From the NCBI GenBank assembly GCA_027330985.1, contig DAHVZI010000002.1, positions 75,162-139,161 on the forward strand: a stretch of 64,000 nucleotides of DNA, read 5' to 3'. Made by a program: the position numbers and the translations under genes. Within the stretch, counting starts at the first letter, position 1. The number at the start of each line of letters is the position of its first letter. The DNA is from Candidatus Uhrbacteria bacterium (GTDB lineage: Bacteria > Patescibacteriota > Patescibacteriia > 2-12-FULL-60-25). Positions 30,716 through 43,900 of the stretch are shown one piece after another. The notes below the pieces were generated by a model, which worked only from the letters and a program-made list of their open reading frames with translations, was not told the origin of the DNA and did no database searches.

Positions 30716-32065
30716 ATGCCAAAAATGAAGAAAACACCTCCCAAGGAGAAACCTAAAGAGAACAAGAAGACTGAACCGACAAAAAAAACAGTTTCCCCGA
30801 TCAACCTGCTGCGAGGCATGAGGGATATTTTGCCTGTAGATCAGCCGGTGTGGGACAGGATCCGTGACGGCGCGCGTCAGCTTGCCTCGTCTTATGGTTT
30901 CGAACGGATTGATACGCCGATTATGGAAGAGACGGGGCTGTTCATCCGCGGCATCGGCAAACAGACGGATATCGTGGAGAAGGAAATGTACAGCTTCGAG
31001 ACACCGGGCGGAGAGAAAGTCACGTTGCGCCCGGAAGGTACGGCCTCGGTGATGCGCGCCTACATACAGCACGGCATGTTGAACCTGCCGCAGCCGGTGA
31101 AACTTTGGTATCTAGGTCCGATGTTCCGCCACGATCGTCCGCAGCATGGACGCTATCGCCAGCTGCATCAGTTCGGTTGCGAGATACTGGGCGACGCAAA
31201 TCCGGTGGCGGATGCGCAGTTGGTGCATTTAGGCTATCAGCAGCTCAAGGATCTGGGCATCGAATCGACGGTGCAGATAAATTCGATCGGTACTCCGGAA
31301 GCGCGTAAGAATTATCGCGATGCGTTGCAGGCATTTTTCCGTTCACGCCGCAGTAAGCTTTCGGATGAAGACAAGAAGCGTCTGCAGAAGAATCCGTTGC
31401 GTATCTTGGACTCCAAGGATCCGGTTGTCGTCGAGATGAAAGCCGAAGCTCCGCAGATCATCGATTGGCTCGACGAGGAGTCCAAAGCGCACTTCATGAA
31501 AGTGCTCGAGATGCTGGACGAGATGAACGTGCCGTATCAGTTAAATCCTTATCTGGTGCGCGGGTTGGATTATTACACCAAGACAGTCTGGGAATACTAT
31601 GCGAATTCAGCCGATCAGGATCTGGCGCAGTCGGCCTTGGGCGGCGGCGGACGATATGACGGTTTGGCCGAGCTGTTGGGCGGTCGTGCGACTCCAGCGG
31701 TGGGTCTGGCGATGGGGATGGATCGCATGGCTAACTTATTGAAGGAGCAGGGCTCGGGATCAGCTACCGAAGCGGCGGAGATATTCGTGGCCCAATTGGG
31801 CGACCAAGGACGCAAGAAAGCTTTGGCCATCTTCGAGGAATTGAGGAAAGCAGGTATACCGGCGTTCGAGGCTTTCTCCAAGGATTCGATCAAGGCGCAG
31901 ATGGAGATGGCGAACAAGAAAGAGGTGAAATTCGCGATCATCATCGGGCAAAAGGAGGTACTGGACGGCACGGCAGTCATCCGCGACATGGAGTCGGGGA
32001 CCCAGGAAATCGTCGATGCGCTCAAGATAGTGCAGGAAATCAAGAAGAAGCTGGGCCGAGCGTAG
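30716..32065 (+). CDS. hisS: Histidine--tRNA ligase with Lys-rich N-terminal extension
   Basis: Class II aaRS motifs (RGMRD, YIQHGM..PVKLWYLGPMFRHDRPQHGRYRQLHQFGCEILG) and GGGRYDGL. Start taken at the ATG (MPKMKK). The track ORF begins earlier at an alternative start overlapping lepB. Confidence 0.9.
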   Translation: MPKMKKTPPKEKPKENKKTEPTKKTVSPINLLRGMRDILPVDQPVWDRIRDGARQLASSYGFERIDTPIMEETGLFIRGIGKQTDIVEKEMYSFETPGGEKVTLRPEGTASVMRAYIQHGMLNLPQPVKLWYLGPMFRHDRPQHGRYRQLHQFGCEILGDANPVADAQLVHLGYQQLKDLGIESTVQINSIGTPEARKNYRDALQAFFRSRRSKLSDEDKKRLQKNPLRILDSKDPVVVEMKAEAPQIIDWLDEESKAHFMKVLEMLDEMNVPYQLNPYLVRGLDYYTKTVWEYYANSADQDLAQSALGGGGRYDGLAELLGGRATPAVGLAMGMDRMANLLKEQGSGSATEAAEIFVAQLGDQGRKKALAIFEELRKAGIPAFEAFSKDSIKAQMEMANKKEVKFAIIIGQKEVLDGTAVIRDMESGTQEIVDALKIVQEIKKKLGRA

Positions 32066-32161
32066 GGATTTGACGTAACCATTGACTTTTTTAGGGTTTT
32101 TGAATAAAATCCAACGGTCGAAATAATCAGTAATCCTATTTAAGAAAGGAAGGTGTTCCCC

Positions 32162-32407
32162 ATGGGTGAAGTCAAAAAGAGAAAAGGCGAGGCTTTTGAC
32201 GCATTGTTGCGCAGATTCACGCGTCACTTGCAGTCCAGCGGCAAGATACTGCAAGCCAAGAAGAACAGGTTCAAGACCAAGAAAGCCAGTCGCAACAAAC
32301 GACGGGAGAGCGCACTATATCGCGAAGAAAAACGCGAGACATACGACTACCAAATAAAGACCGGACAGATCAAGGAAGACGCTTTCAAGCGACGTAAGCG
32401 TAGATAA
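32162..32407 (+). CDS. rpsU: 30S ribosomal protein S21
   Basis: EAFDALLRRFTR motif and a basic C-terminal tail. Start taken at MGEVKKRKGE. Confidence 0.7.
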   Translation: MGEVKKRKGEAFDALLRRFTRHLQSSGKILQAKKNRFKTKKASRNKRRESALYREEKRETYDYQIKTGQIKEDAFKRRKRR

Positions 32408-32414
32408 AAATTCC

Positions 32415-32858
32415 ATGACTATACATCAACAGATCGAGGAAGATTTGAAGGCTGCGATGAAAGCCCACGACGAGTTGCGTCTTTCGACGCTGCGTCTGGT
32501 TCGTTCGGCCTTCAAGAACAAAGAGATCGACAGCGGCAAGGAATTGTCCGACCAAGACGCCGTAGCCGTCATGCGCACCATGCTCAAGCAGTATAAAGAC
32601 GCATTGAACGATTTCACTACTGCCGGGAGGACCGATTTGGCCGAAAGGCAGACCAAGGAAATCGGGATAATCGAAGGCTATCTTCCGCAGCAGATGGGCG
32701 AGGCGCAGGTCGAAGAGGTCTGTAAGTCGGTGATCGGCGAAATGAACGCCACGCTCTCGGATGCAGGAAAGGTCATGGGAGCGGTCATGAAACGTCTGGC
32801 TGGCCAAGCCGATGGAGCCATGGTCAAGCAAGTCGTCGAGAGACTGTTGAAAGGTTGA
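32415..32858 (+). CDS. GatB/YqeY domain-containing protein
   Basis: 147 aa. The typical YqeY layout: IQEDLKAAMKA, then a GatB-like C-terminal helix bundle. Confidence 0.8.
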   Translation: MTIHQQIEEDLKAAMKAHDELRLSTLRLVRSAFKNKEIDSGKELSDQDAVAVMRTMLKQYKDALNDFTTAGRTDLAERQTKEIGIIEGYLPQQMGEAQVEEVCKSVIGEMNATLSDAGKVMGAVMKRLAGQADGAMVKQVVERLLKG

Positions 32859-32878
32859 TAGAACAAAAAAACAAAAAA

Positions 32879-32898
32879 CCCGGTCCGCCGGGTTTTTT
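32879..32898 (+). terminator. Rho-independent terminator
   Basis: CCCGG-tccg-CCGGG hairpin followed by a TTTTTTG run, 20 nt after the GatB/YqeY stop. Confidence 0.75.
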
Positions 32899-33053
32899 GT
32901 TTGTGGATAGAGGTAAAAGAGGGGATGGAATTTTGACCCGTATGGCCCATTTCGATCCATCTCTAACAGTTCTTGGGTTTGAGATCCTTTCCGTTTATTG
33001 CCTTTCTGTTTGTTTGTGCTTTTGTGGTGTATAATTAGCCCATAATACTCGCC

Positions 33054-34931
33054 ATGCAAAAAAATAGAGCGTTCCTCTTTTCATTTTTGAAAACTGCCAC
33101 CGGACGGGTGCTGTTTTTCGCCCTCATAAGCGCCGTGGTCGTGACTCTCTTGCCGGTAGAAATCAGGGCACAGACTGACGTCGGGGTCAATAACGTCCAG
33201 CAGGTAGCGAATACGGCCGGCTTGGCTGGAGGGTCGGATTTGATAACCATCATCGGGAGGATAATCAACATCTTCTTAGGCTTCTTAGGGTTGGTGTTCT
33301 TGGTGTTGATGCTTTACGCCGGATTCACCTGGATGACCGCGGCGGGTGATGCGGATAAGATCAAGAAAGCGCAGGGGACCATCCGTAATGCGATCATCGG
33401 TCTGGTCATCATAGCTTCGGCTTGGGCGATAACATCGTTCATCCTCGGCATTTTCGCAGGACAGGGTTTGGGCGGCATCGGTGGTGGAGGACCTAGCGGG
33501 CCGTTGGCGCCATTCTCTTCAGCGCCAGGTTCGGCTTGCTTGGGCAAGGGGATAATCGAGACGCATCTGCCGGACAGGAACTCTACCGGTATACCGAGGA
33601 ATTCGCCGATCATCATAACGTTCAAGGAGCCGATGAAGCCTGACACGATAATGAAGGGGTGGACGGATGCCACGAGCAATACCCAGATGGAATGGCCCTT
33701 GGAGGATAAGAACGTGCTCATCTATCGGACGGTGCAGGGTCAGGATGCGGCCATGGGATCGGACCAGATAAAGGTCAGATATACCAAGGATCTGAAGACG
33801 TTCGTCTTCAAACCGGCTGATTATTTGGGGAGTCCGACCGAGAAGATTGGCTATACCGTAGTTTTAAAAGGAAGCAAGAACGGTATCCTGAAGGCAGATG
33901 GTTCTCCTGCTCTGACTTGTTCACCGAACAATGAATATTCCTGGCAATTCGAGGTGTCGACAGTGCTTGATCTCACTCCGCCTTATGTGACTGCGGTCAT
34001 CCCGCCGGCTGAAGGACTATACGCGAGGAATATCATAGTGATGTTGAATTTCAATAAAGCCATGGATCCGACCGCGTCACAGGGTACGACGGCTGACGGT
34101 TTCCAGAATATCGAGATTTTGGCTACGCCTAACGGGCAGACCGTAGGCATCCCGGTAACCGGAGAATTCAAGATCGTCAACCAATACAGGACAGTCGAAT
34201 TCGTGAGCGACGCGAAGTGCGGAACGAATTCATGCGGACGCGACGTCTATTGTTTGCCGGGCAATGCACAGATCCAAGTCAACGCCAAAGCTGGGACGTT
34301 GGATGGTCCAGGGCCGCAAGCCGTATTCACGACCAATGGTTATGACGGCTTGGTAAGCGTCGTCGGGAATTCTTTGGATGGCGATCATAACGACAAGGCG
34401 GAAGGTCCGCCGGGAGATAATTATCAGTGGTCTTTCGGAACCTCGAATGACATCAAGCTATCACCGCCGGTGATCGTCAGCACGACGCCTGATTCAGACC
34501 CGAATACCGGTAAGAATTCCAACGTATCATTGGACATGCCGATAACGGCGCTGTTCGATTCTTTCCTTCAGGCGTCTACATTGAATTCGGACAACGTATA
34601 CGTGGATGCCCATGGGACTACCGAGCAACCGGATACTTTCTGGTGGACCGTCGGCATGAAGCTGGTCAAGAACGACGGGTCGGACATCGATACTACGACC
34701 GTACCGCCGGAAAAGCCGGAAGTCAGCGCGCTGACCATAGACCATAGGCCGTTCCAGCCGTCAGGGGTATTCCCGAACCTGAATTATTATGATCCATACA
34801 TCACTTCCGGGGTGCAGGACGCTTATCAGAACTGTTTCGTACCGGCACGAAAATGCGGTGCAGGGAGCGGCGCCAATTGTTGCAAATTCCAACCCAACTC
34901 TGAAGTGTGCAAGAAAATATTAAATCCATGA
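33054..34931 (+). CDS. Secreted/membrane protein: N-terminal TrbC/VirB2-like (CPR T4SS-pilin-like) module fused to ~480-aa extracellular region with Ig-like beta domains
   Basis: Signal peptide plus two hydrophobic helices flanking the motif LYAGFTWMTAAGDADKIKKAQGTIRNAIIGLVIIASAWAIT. The same module occurs at the N-terminus of the next gene. The stop TGA overlaps the start ATG of the giant gene (ATGA at 34928-34931). Confidence 0.6.
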   Translation: MQKNRAFLFSFLKTATGRVLFFALISAVVVTLLPVEIRAQTDVGVNNVQQVANTAGLAGGSDLITIIGRIINIFLGFLGLVFLVLMLYAGFTWMTAAGDADKIKKAQGTIRNAIIGLVIIASAWAITSFILGIFAGQGLGGIGGGGPSGPLAPFSSAPGSACLGKGIIETHLPDRNSTGIPRNSPIIITFKEPMKPDTIMKGWTDATSNTQMEWPLEDKNVLIYRTVQGQDAAMGSDQIKVRYTKDLKTFVFKPADYLGSPTEKIGYTVVLKGSKNGILKADGSPALTCSPNNEYSWQFEVSTVLDLTPPYVTAVIPPAEGLYARNIIVMLNFNKAMDPTASQGTTADGFQNIEILATPNGQTVGIPVTGEFKIVNQYRTVEFVSDAKCGTNSCGRDVYCLPGNAQIQVNAKAGTLDGPGPQAVFTTNGYDGLVSVVGNSLDGDHNDKAEGPPGDNYQWSFGTSNDIKLSPPVIVSTTPDSDPNTGKNSNVSLDMPITALFDSFLQASTLNSDNVYVDAHGTTEQPDTFWWTVGMKLVKNDGSDIDTTTVPPEKPEVSALTIDHRPFQPSGVFPNLNYYDPYITSGVQDAYQNCFVPARKCGAGSGANCCKFQPNSEVCKKILNP

Positions 34932-37900
34932 AGGTACGTAACATTTTCGCCATAGCGTCTATCGGACTCGGCCTGGCGGCGGGTACGATGTTTCTGTCGG
35001 CCCACGCCGTACAAGCACAGGTCGATACGGGGTTGCAGCAGGTGGGGCAGACGGTGAAGCTTTCAGGGACTGACCCGCGCACCATAGCAGCGAACATCAT
35101 CAATATCGCGTTGGGCTTGGTGGGTATCGTGCTCGTCGGTCTGATACTTTACGGTGGCTTCCTGTACATGACGTCGGCCGGTGACAGCGCCAAAGTGGAT
35201 AAAGCCAGGAAAGTCATCACCAACGCCATAATCGGTCTGGTCATAGTGTTGTCGGCTTGGGCCATCACCAGATACGTAATAGATAAGTTGTTGCAGGCGA
35301 CGCAGGAAGGCGGAGGCGTCGGTGGAGGTACTAGCTCTGGTTATGTCGGAGGATTCGGCAGCGGAACGGGCGGCAGCAGCTTCAGGATAGTTTCGATTAC
35401 TCCGCAGGGCAGCCAGCCTGGGAAGCCAAGGAATACCGTAGTCAAGATCCTTTTGACCAAGGCCGTGGATGAAGCGACGGCTTCCGCCGTGACCGTGGTC
35501 AAAGATGGCGGTACGACCGTCGGCGGCACTGTTGCGGTTCAAGGGACGCTTGTGACGTTTACGCCGGTACAAGCCTGCCCTTCGCCGAACGAAACACGTA
35601 AATGTTTCGACGCCGATTCGGCCTTTACGATAAAAGTCGGGACAAGCCTGAAATCAGCTCAAGGACAGCCGATCGCTTGCGGCGGTTTTGCACCAGCATG
35701 CGAAGCGCATTTCACTACAGGCAATCTGGTCGACGTTTCGGGCCCGAACGTGTCTTTGACCTTCCCGACGGACGGCATGTCGATCCAGCAGAATTATTAT
35801 TCGGATGTCTTGGCTCATGCGACAGACGATAGCGGCGTCGCAATCGTGCAATTTTTGGATGGCGCCGATGAGATCGGCAGCGACGGACCGAGTTCGGCGG
35901 ATACGCCGCTAAGTTTCGATGCCAAGATTTTTTGGGATACGGCTGGAGCTGCTTTAGGCGTGCATACCTTGACCGCAAAGGCGTTGGATTTGGATACGAA
36001 CACGACGCAAAGCCAGAGCGTTTCGGTCGTCGTACGCCCGGAACATTGTTTCAACGGTAAACAGGATCAGGATGAGACCGGCATAGACTGTGGTGGTGAT
36101 CCGAACAGCACGGATTTTTGCGGTGCATGCAGCGGGGGTTCGTGCACGAATAATAGCCAATGCGCATCAGGTTTTTGTCAAGGCGGCGTATGTATCGAGA
36201 AGCCGGTGATCAAGTCAGTTTCACCCTTGAACGGAAAGCCGGGCACGTTCGTCTCCATCGCAGGCACCAATTTCGGAACCAATCCTGGGACAGTCGTGTT
36301 TTTGGGTGATCCGAACAATCCAGCCGACGATAAGATCGCAGTCGCGCCGCAGGCTTGCGTAAATGCCGGAAGCCAAACATGGAGCAATACGCAGGCGATA
36401 GTTTCTTTGCCGGATGGTGCAGCTTCAGGGCCGATAGAAATCAAGAATGCTTCCAGCTCATTGACCGACAGGACGGATCAAGATCCTGGGCCGGCAGTCG
36501 CAGATTTCGTCGTGGATAATACGGAACATCCTGGGCTTTGCGCTTTGGATCCAGTGTCCGATAGCGTAGGCAAAAACGTGAAAGCGATAGGACAGGGTTT
36601 CGGAAATTCTCAGGGCAAGATCATATTCGGTTCCCTGGACCAGCAACTGGCGGGCTCGCCGTGGTCTGACGCTAACGTCACGTTCAAGGTTCCGGTCGTC
36701 AACAACGGGCCGTATCAGGTCTGGGTCCAGACAGGCGCAGGCACGAGTAATCCGGCACAGTTCGTGGTGACGGAAAAGAGCCTCGAAGCGGCTCCAGAAT
36801 TGGACAGTCTCGATCCGACACAAGGTCCGTTGCAGCAATATGTGACGCTATATGGCAGGAATTTCGGATATAACGTAGGAACGGTGATTTTTTCCGCACA
36901 GGACGGCACCGAGGCGATCGGTGATACGAGTTTCCCGGCCGCTTGCAGCGCAGGTTTCTGGTTGGATGACACTATCGTGGTCAAGGTACCTTCGGTCTTC
37001 AAGAATAACCAAGGGTTGATCGACGGCACCTATCAGGTCAGGGTAAGACGTTCCGATAATAAGGAGTCGGCCTCGTTGCCTTTCAATGTCAATAAATCCT
37101 TACCTCTCAAGCCAGGCATCTGTGCCATCAGTCCTGCAGTCGGACCCGTAGGTACGGACGTGAAGATCTACGGTGAACGTTTCGGCTTCGACAAACCGTT
37201 GGTGGCTTTCAGCACGAGCAAGCAGGCTTTGGTGCAATCCAATACGAACCAGGAGGTGCAGACTTCGGTACCGAACAATTCGATCACCGGTCCGGTGACG
37301 GTCACGAGCAATGCCGTCATCTCGAACGGTTTCAATTTCCAGGTCAGGAATTGCAATGAAGCCCCTGAAATCTGCGGACCGGTCGATAAGTTCCAATGTT
37401 GCCAGACGGGGGAATGCCGACCTGCAGGACAGTCTTGCGAAGTTGCACCGACCGAATCCGAATACGCCTGGCAGCTTTCCACGGGACTGATCCCATTGGC
37501 GCCATACGTCATCGAAGAATGCCGACCAGACATCACTCCAGCGCCGACTCCTTCACCATCTCCATGGAGCGGCAGAGCGGGTGGTGACCAGGCGCCGATC
37601 GATGCGGCGATAACGATGCGTTTTTCGCAGCAGCTAGAAGCGAGCACGGTCACCAAGCAGGCTTTCCATGTATTTGCCTGCAAAGGCACTTCGGCGGATC
37701 CATGCGATACGAAGGAAGCGATCCAGGATTTCACCATGCACTTGACCCACGAGAACAATCAGCAGGATTTGGTGACGTTGAATCCGAGCGCGAAGTTCGC
37801 GACCAATACCACATATCTGGTGACCATCTCGACAGACATAAAGGGCGCAGGCGAGACAGGGGCCAACATGATCGAGAACAAGGCCTGCGGCAAAGGCCAG

Positions 37901-40900
37901 AACAATGAGACTTACGGCTATTGTTTCAGGTTCAAGACGCGCGCTTCGGAAGAGCCGTCACAAGTCGGTTCGGTCGGCGTCGTTCCATCCAGCTATACCT
38001 TCAAAGAGACCGGAGTCTACATCGGCTACGAAGCCGTACCGACGGATGCACAAGATAAATGCATCGTCCTGGATTGCCAGCAGTTCAACTGGAATTGGCA
38101 TGCCGGAGATACGCGCGGGTCGATCACCAACATGACCGGCGGACAATTCAATTATGGCCTGTGCAACCAGCAAGGGACGGGAAATTTCGAGACGGGTAAC
38201 GTACCGGTGGACATACTTTCCGATCTGGCCGGCACCAGCCTCACGGGACAAGGCGAGATGTTCGTGAATTTCGTGCCGCCCCGCGTCGAGGAATACGCGC
38301 CGAAGTGCGACGAGGCGTGCAGCAATGCTTTGATCTGGGCCAGGTTCTCGGCCAAGCTCGATGCAGCTTCGGCCTTGACCCCGAACAACATCAAATTGCA
38401 GAAGTGTTATAACGAAAATTGTTTCGAATCGGAATTGGGCCAGCCTATCGCCATCACGATGAACCTTAAGGACGATACGACGATCGAGATTTCGCATGCA
38501 CCACTCGAAGCCGGAGGATTCTATCGTCTTTTCCTGCGTGGCGGACCTAACGCCATAAATCCTGCCACATTGGAGAATAACGGAATCCAGGGCCTGAACG
38601 GCGTGCCGATGACGGGAACCAACCATCCGGAAGGGTTTTTCTGGAAATTCCGTGTGTTGCAAGGGACCGCAGCTTTCTGCAAGGCGGAACGCGTAGACCT
38701 CAAACCTTTGGAGAAATACGAGACGAACGTCGATGCGCGTCAGCTTTTCGAGGCGACGCCGTATAGCCCGCCGGATAAGTGCAGCTCTGATGGCCAGCAG
38801 TTGGTGAACCAGGGGGATACACAATGGGCATCAGGCGATATCACGGTCGCGGATTTCTACAGACAGGCACAGTCTCTAATCAAGTCCGATAAGACGAAGC
38901 TGCCTGCAGGCTGTTCGTCAAAATGCTTAGCCATGGGAGCTGGCGGGTTGTTCGGCAAGGTCGCGATGTGCGGTAACGGCATCATAGAGACGACTGACGT
39001 GAATTATTGTATAGGCGGAAAGACTCCCCGAGGTAGCGCATGTAAGCTCATGCCGGCTGGCGCGAAAGCAGGCGAGGAATGTGAGCCGACAATAGACGGT
39101 TTGGATAAGTGCGATGTCGCTACATGCTTGTTCCGTTCCGTGGCTGCCGTCAATCAGGGAGGTACCTGCGGCGACGGTACGGTGCAGGCCGCCGCTGGTG
39201 AAGCGTGTGATTACGGCCCGACATGCGTAGGCGGCAGTACAGCGACCAGCTCTACGCCTGTGCCTGAATACGCTTCATGTCCGGATGCGACGACCAAACA
39301 AGCTTGTGAAAACGCCGGAGGAGTATGCGCGATGCATGATTACCGCGGATGCTCGGCGAATTGTCGGCATACCGGAGCCAAGTCGGGCAAGACGACTTGC
39401 GGTAACGGAGATTTCCACGGCGACGGAAAAGATTGCGATGACGGCAACGTGGCTAACGGCGATGGATGCAGTTCGGATTGTCTACACGAGCCGTCACAGC
39501 CATCTACCGTTTTAGCGGCGGTGTGCGGTAACGGTATTTTGGAAAAAGGCGAGACATGCGAAGCCACTATGGTGAACGGGAGCCCGGTTTTCGCTCCGGG
39601 ATGCGACAGCAGTTCGTGTCTGCATACAGGTACCTTATCCTGCATGCCAGGTCAGAACCTCAGTTGCTGCGGTAATGCGGTGCTTGATCCAGGAGAGGAC
39701 TGCGATGACGGCAACACCGCCTCAAAAGACGGTTGCAGCTCGAGTTGTCTGTTGGAAGGTTCATCAGCCTATTATTCCGCCGTACCTTCCGGCATCGCGC
39801 CGAGTTTCTGCGGCAACGGTTATCTGGAGAAGGGCGAACAATGCGAGGTGGGCGCTTCATCCGACAGTATCGCTAAATTGGTTTATGCGGGCCTGCCGAA
39901 GGACGCTGCCTTGGCATGGTCGCCGGTCTTGAACAAGAGTTTCGGCAGTATCCAAAGCGGCATCGACCCCATACAGTTGGCCAAAATAATCGGCGAAAAA
40001 GAACCCGATCCCGCGACCGGAAGATCATCTTCCGAATTGAGCGCAGTGATGCTGGAACAGACGGGTAAAGCGACGTATGGCCTGCAGTGCGGCTATAACG
40101 ACGAAGCGAATTGCACTCCGGATGACCTGTCTAACCCGCGCGGCCTGGATGATTTCGGTTGCTGCCGACTGCGTCCGATCGTGGCCAAGGCTTATCCGCC
40201 ACCGCCGCCATTCGAGGCTTGCCGTAATGTCCAGATCCAGATCGAATTCAATCAGGCGATGGATACGGTATCGGTGACCAATAATTTCGAGATTTCTGAA
40301 GGTCCTGACGCAGCGAATAAATGTCCGGACGGTACGCAGGAAGTCGTGTTGAACACTGATAATCAGCCGGGTTTCTGGAATTTCCTGAAACGCATTTGGC
40401 GCTCGATCGTCGCTTGGATCTTTAAGCAGCCCGCCATAGCCGAGAAGTGGTGCGTAGGCAAAGTCACGGGACAACTCACCGCAGCCGATCAGCAATCGCA
40501 GGCGACTAAATTCATCTACACTTTGGATCATGCCCTGGATGCCGGAAAGCTTTATCGTATCAGGTTGAAAGGCGACGATGATCTGACCGACAACGCTGAC
40601 AAGAACGCACGGCATGGCATCAAGACGGCGGCTGGCGTGGTGCATGATGGCGACATCACATGGAACTTCAAGACGGGCAACCAGATTTGCGCCTTGAACA
40701 CCGTGACGATATACGATGTGACGCAGGATCCGCCGGACGAGAAGCATCCTTTCCTATATGTAAACAAAGGCAACAAGTCTGAAGAGAGGCATTTCGAGGC
40801 AGAGGCGCAATCTCTGCAGAACGGCACGGCGATACCGCTTTCGACGACAGCTGAATACCAGTGGGATTGGCACGTCTGGACGACGAGCGATCCGGATTTG

Positions 40901-43900
40901 GTGAATTATAGCCCGAATTATCCGATCCAACCGCCGACCTACAAAGGACATTTCGTTTCGGTGGTCGAGGGTAGCGCGCAAAAGAACGGGCACGCGATAC
41001 TGACGGCCGGCATCAAAGTCGTCCACGACGAAGTGAATGTCCCGTCATCCACGGGTTCGGTGATACAAGGCGTGGCACATGTCGCGGTCTTGGCTTGCGA
41101 GAACCCATGGCCATCACTGCAGACTTCCCCGTTCAGCGACACCAAGACTTGGTTGAACGACCGTTGGGCCGATCTGCCTGACTCAAGGCCGAACATCTTC
41201 ATCGGCAACGATCCGTATATCGGCAAACCGGTCTTCTACAATTTCTCCACCATGTATTGTCGCGATGCGGGCGTGGAGCATGACCAGACCGACGATTTGC
41301 CGGAACTCGTGATAAACCAGGTGCCGCGAACCGCAGTGGACAAAGCAAACGGCATCTTGCGTCAATACCTTTTGACCTTCAAGGACGATGCCTTGAAGAA
41401 GGACGGTATCGGTATCCGTGTCGCCGAGAATCCGCAGCATCTGTCGGCTTTGGAGTGGTACTACTCGAAGGGCTTCGCAGGCAAACCGAAAGTGCTTAGT
41501 GTAGACGGTTATCCGGCAGTCCAAGACGGCAACACGTTGTATGTCGATGCCGCCAACCAACCCGAAACGAACGAATCGATATATTCGAACATCTATGTCT
41601 TCTCCTTGAATCCGGATGCTCAGCAGGTGACGCAGGACATATTCAAACAGCTGGTCCAATATCTGGCTTTCAACGTCAACATCGTCGGTCAGAGCAATAC
41701 CTGCCACATAGCAACGGGCGCGAACCAATACACGAATACCGACATCTACACCGACAGTCAGGGAGTACCGAAACGCTGCACCGCAGATTGGGAGTGTGCA
41801 CCTTTGGACTCCTCGAGCAATCTGTTCTGTGATTCCAATAAGGCCAAGATGGCACGTGACACGCAGCGCATGGCTGATTTCCAGGTCATCAACAAACGGT
41901 TGTTGGAGACGCGAGATGCGCAGGGAAGATATCTGCAGCTCCAGACCGGGACGTACCTTAAAGGATTGACGACTTCGTTGTGGCCATCGTGGACGGATGA
42001 ATTCGGGAAGGCCTTGGGCACCATGCCGGTTGATCCGATCGATAGGTTCTTGACTTGTGGAGAGTGCACTGACGGGAGCGTGTGCCAGACGGATAAGGAT
42101 TGCGGGGAAAACGGCAAGTGTATGGGTAAACGTTTCGAGAACGGCGAATGGGTGGACGCACCGGATCTGGATCCGCAGACCTGTTGGAACTCTAAAGCGT
42201 TCACCTATACCTGTCCGGCTTATAAGACCGGCAATCCGTTCTCGGTCTCGCGTCTGTACCAGTACCGCTCCTTGGCCGGAGGCACACAGTATGAATTGGC
42301 TTCGGAGTTCGAAGTCCAACCGATGACATTGAACCAGAAAGACTGGTGGTACCCGGCATTGCCGAGCACCATGTACCAGTGCGTGAATCCTGGAGCGGTC
42401 GGCAGATATTGCAATGACGGCAACGGCAATCCATCAGATGCCCTATGCCGCATCTGCGCGAATCCAGCCAGCTGCAAACAGTGCAAGACGAGCGGTGCGG
42501 ATTGCACGACTAACGCGGCAGTCTGTGCTGCGCCGGATACATGCGTGGATGTAGCTTCGATTCCCGCGTCGTGTCGACCTTTCGGAGGTACGTTCAAATA
42601 TGCCGGAGTCTGTACCAATCAAGCTTATGCCGAGAACGGGACTTGCGGAGACAAAGTCCTCAACAATAACGAACTATGTGAATTAGGCGATACGAAATCA
42701 GAAACCTGTACCGTGAACGGCAAGCCAGGACATCGCCAGCTGACATGTAATGCGTGCACCAAGTTCGATGTGGATCCGCAGAGACCGCAGTGCGTCGAGG
42801 ATTCGGTCTGCGGAAACGGCCGCATAGATAAGGTTTGCGCCGGAAGTACGGTTTCGTGTTTAAGTAATGCTGACTGTGCAGGAGGCGTGCTCTGCATCAA
42901 TAATGAAGCGTGCGATGATGGGGTGGATAACGGCAAATACGGGCACTGTAACGCAACATGCCAGGGTTATGCGGGGTTCTGTGGAGATGGCCAGCTTTCG
43001 CCAGGTGAAGTCTGTGACAAGGGTGTGAACAACGGGCAATGGAGCAATGCCTATAATGCAGCTACCTGTGCGACGAACTGCAAAGGTGTGGGTCCGTATT
43101 GCGGCGATGAGGAGATCAACGGCTCGGAAGAGTGTGACGGCGGTGCCCAGACGACGCAGGCTGCTTTCTGCATAAACGCCAACCCACCGACGCTTTGTGA
43201 TACGAATGCCGATTGCCCGCAAGGTAAATTATGCGCGGGTAAAGCGGTCGCTCGTCTAGACGCAAAATCTTCCCGAACTTTAGCGTTCGTCCGTGGGAAG
43301 TTGGGTGAGGCTTGGTTGAATTATGTGTTGGTACCGGCGGTCCAGGCTGCACCTCCGCCACCCCAGCAACAGAATAGTTCCAACATAAATTCGGTCGTCT
43401 ACACTAAGTTAAATATCTGGACCACTAACACCATCAAACCCGGTAAACTCAGCGGCGGGTTGCAGTTCATTCCTGCTATCCCTGGCGGTGGAGGCGGAGG
43501 ACAACAGACGACGCAATATGTCGATGTCAACGGCAATAAGATAAACGTCACAGCGTTCAATTCATGCGAGGGTGTGTATGTCGTGGATTCAAACGGAATC
43601 AAGCGCGAGACGCAGCACGTGAGGAACTGCAATGCTCCTGGCGCCACCAACTCCTGTAAGTGGAGCGACTGGACCGGTTGTGTCCCGGTCGGCATCTGTG
43701 GCGACGGCATCAAGGATCTTAACGAAGCTTGCGATAATGGAGCAAATAACGGCGATACAAAAGCGTGCACCTCGCAGTGCAAGGTCAATACTTGCGGCGA
43801 CGGTCTGTTGAATGTCGGGGTAGAGGAATGCGATTCAGGTGCGCAGAACGGCCAAGTGACCTGTAACGCCGACTATGATTCGTCCTGCCTATCGTGCAGC

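Noticed and set aside
41183-42319. 378-aa minus-strand ORF and several other 100-300-aa minus-strand ORFs between 35 and 45 kb
   Set aside because: All lie antisense inside the giant plus-strand gene, whose frame holds coherent domain signatures throughout.
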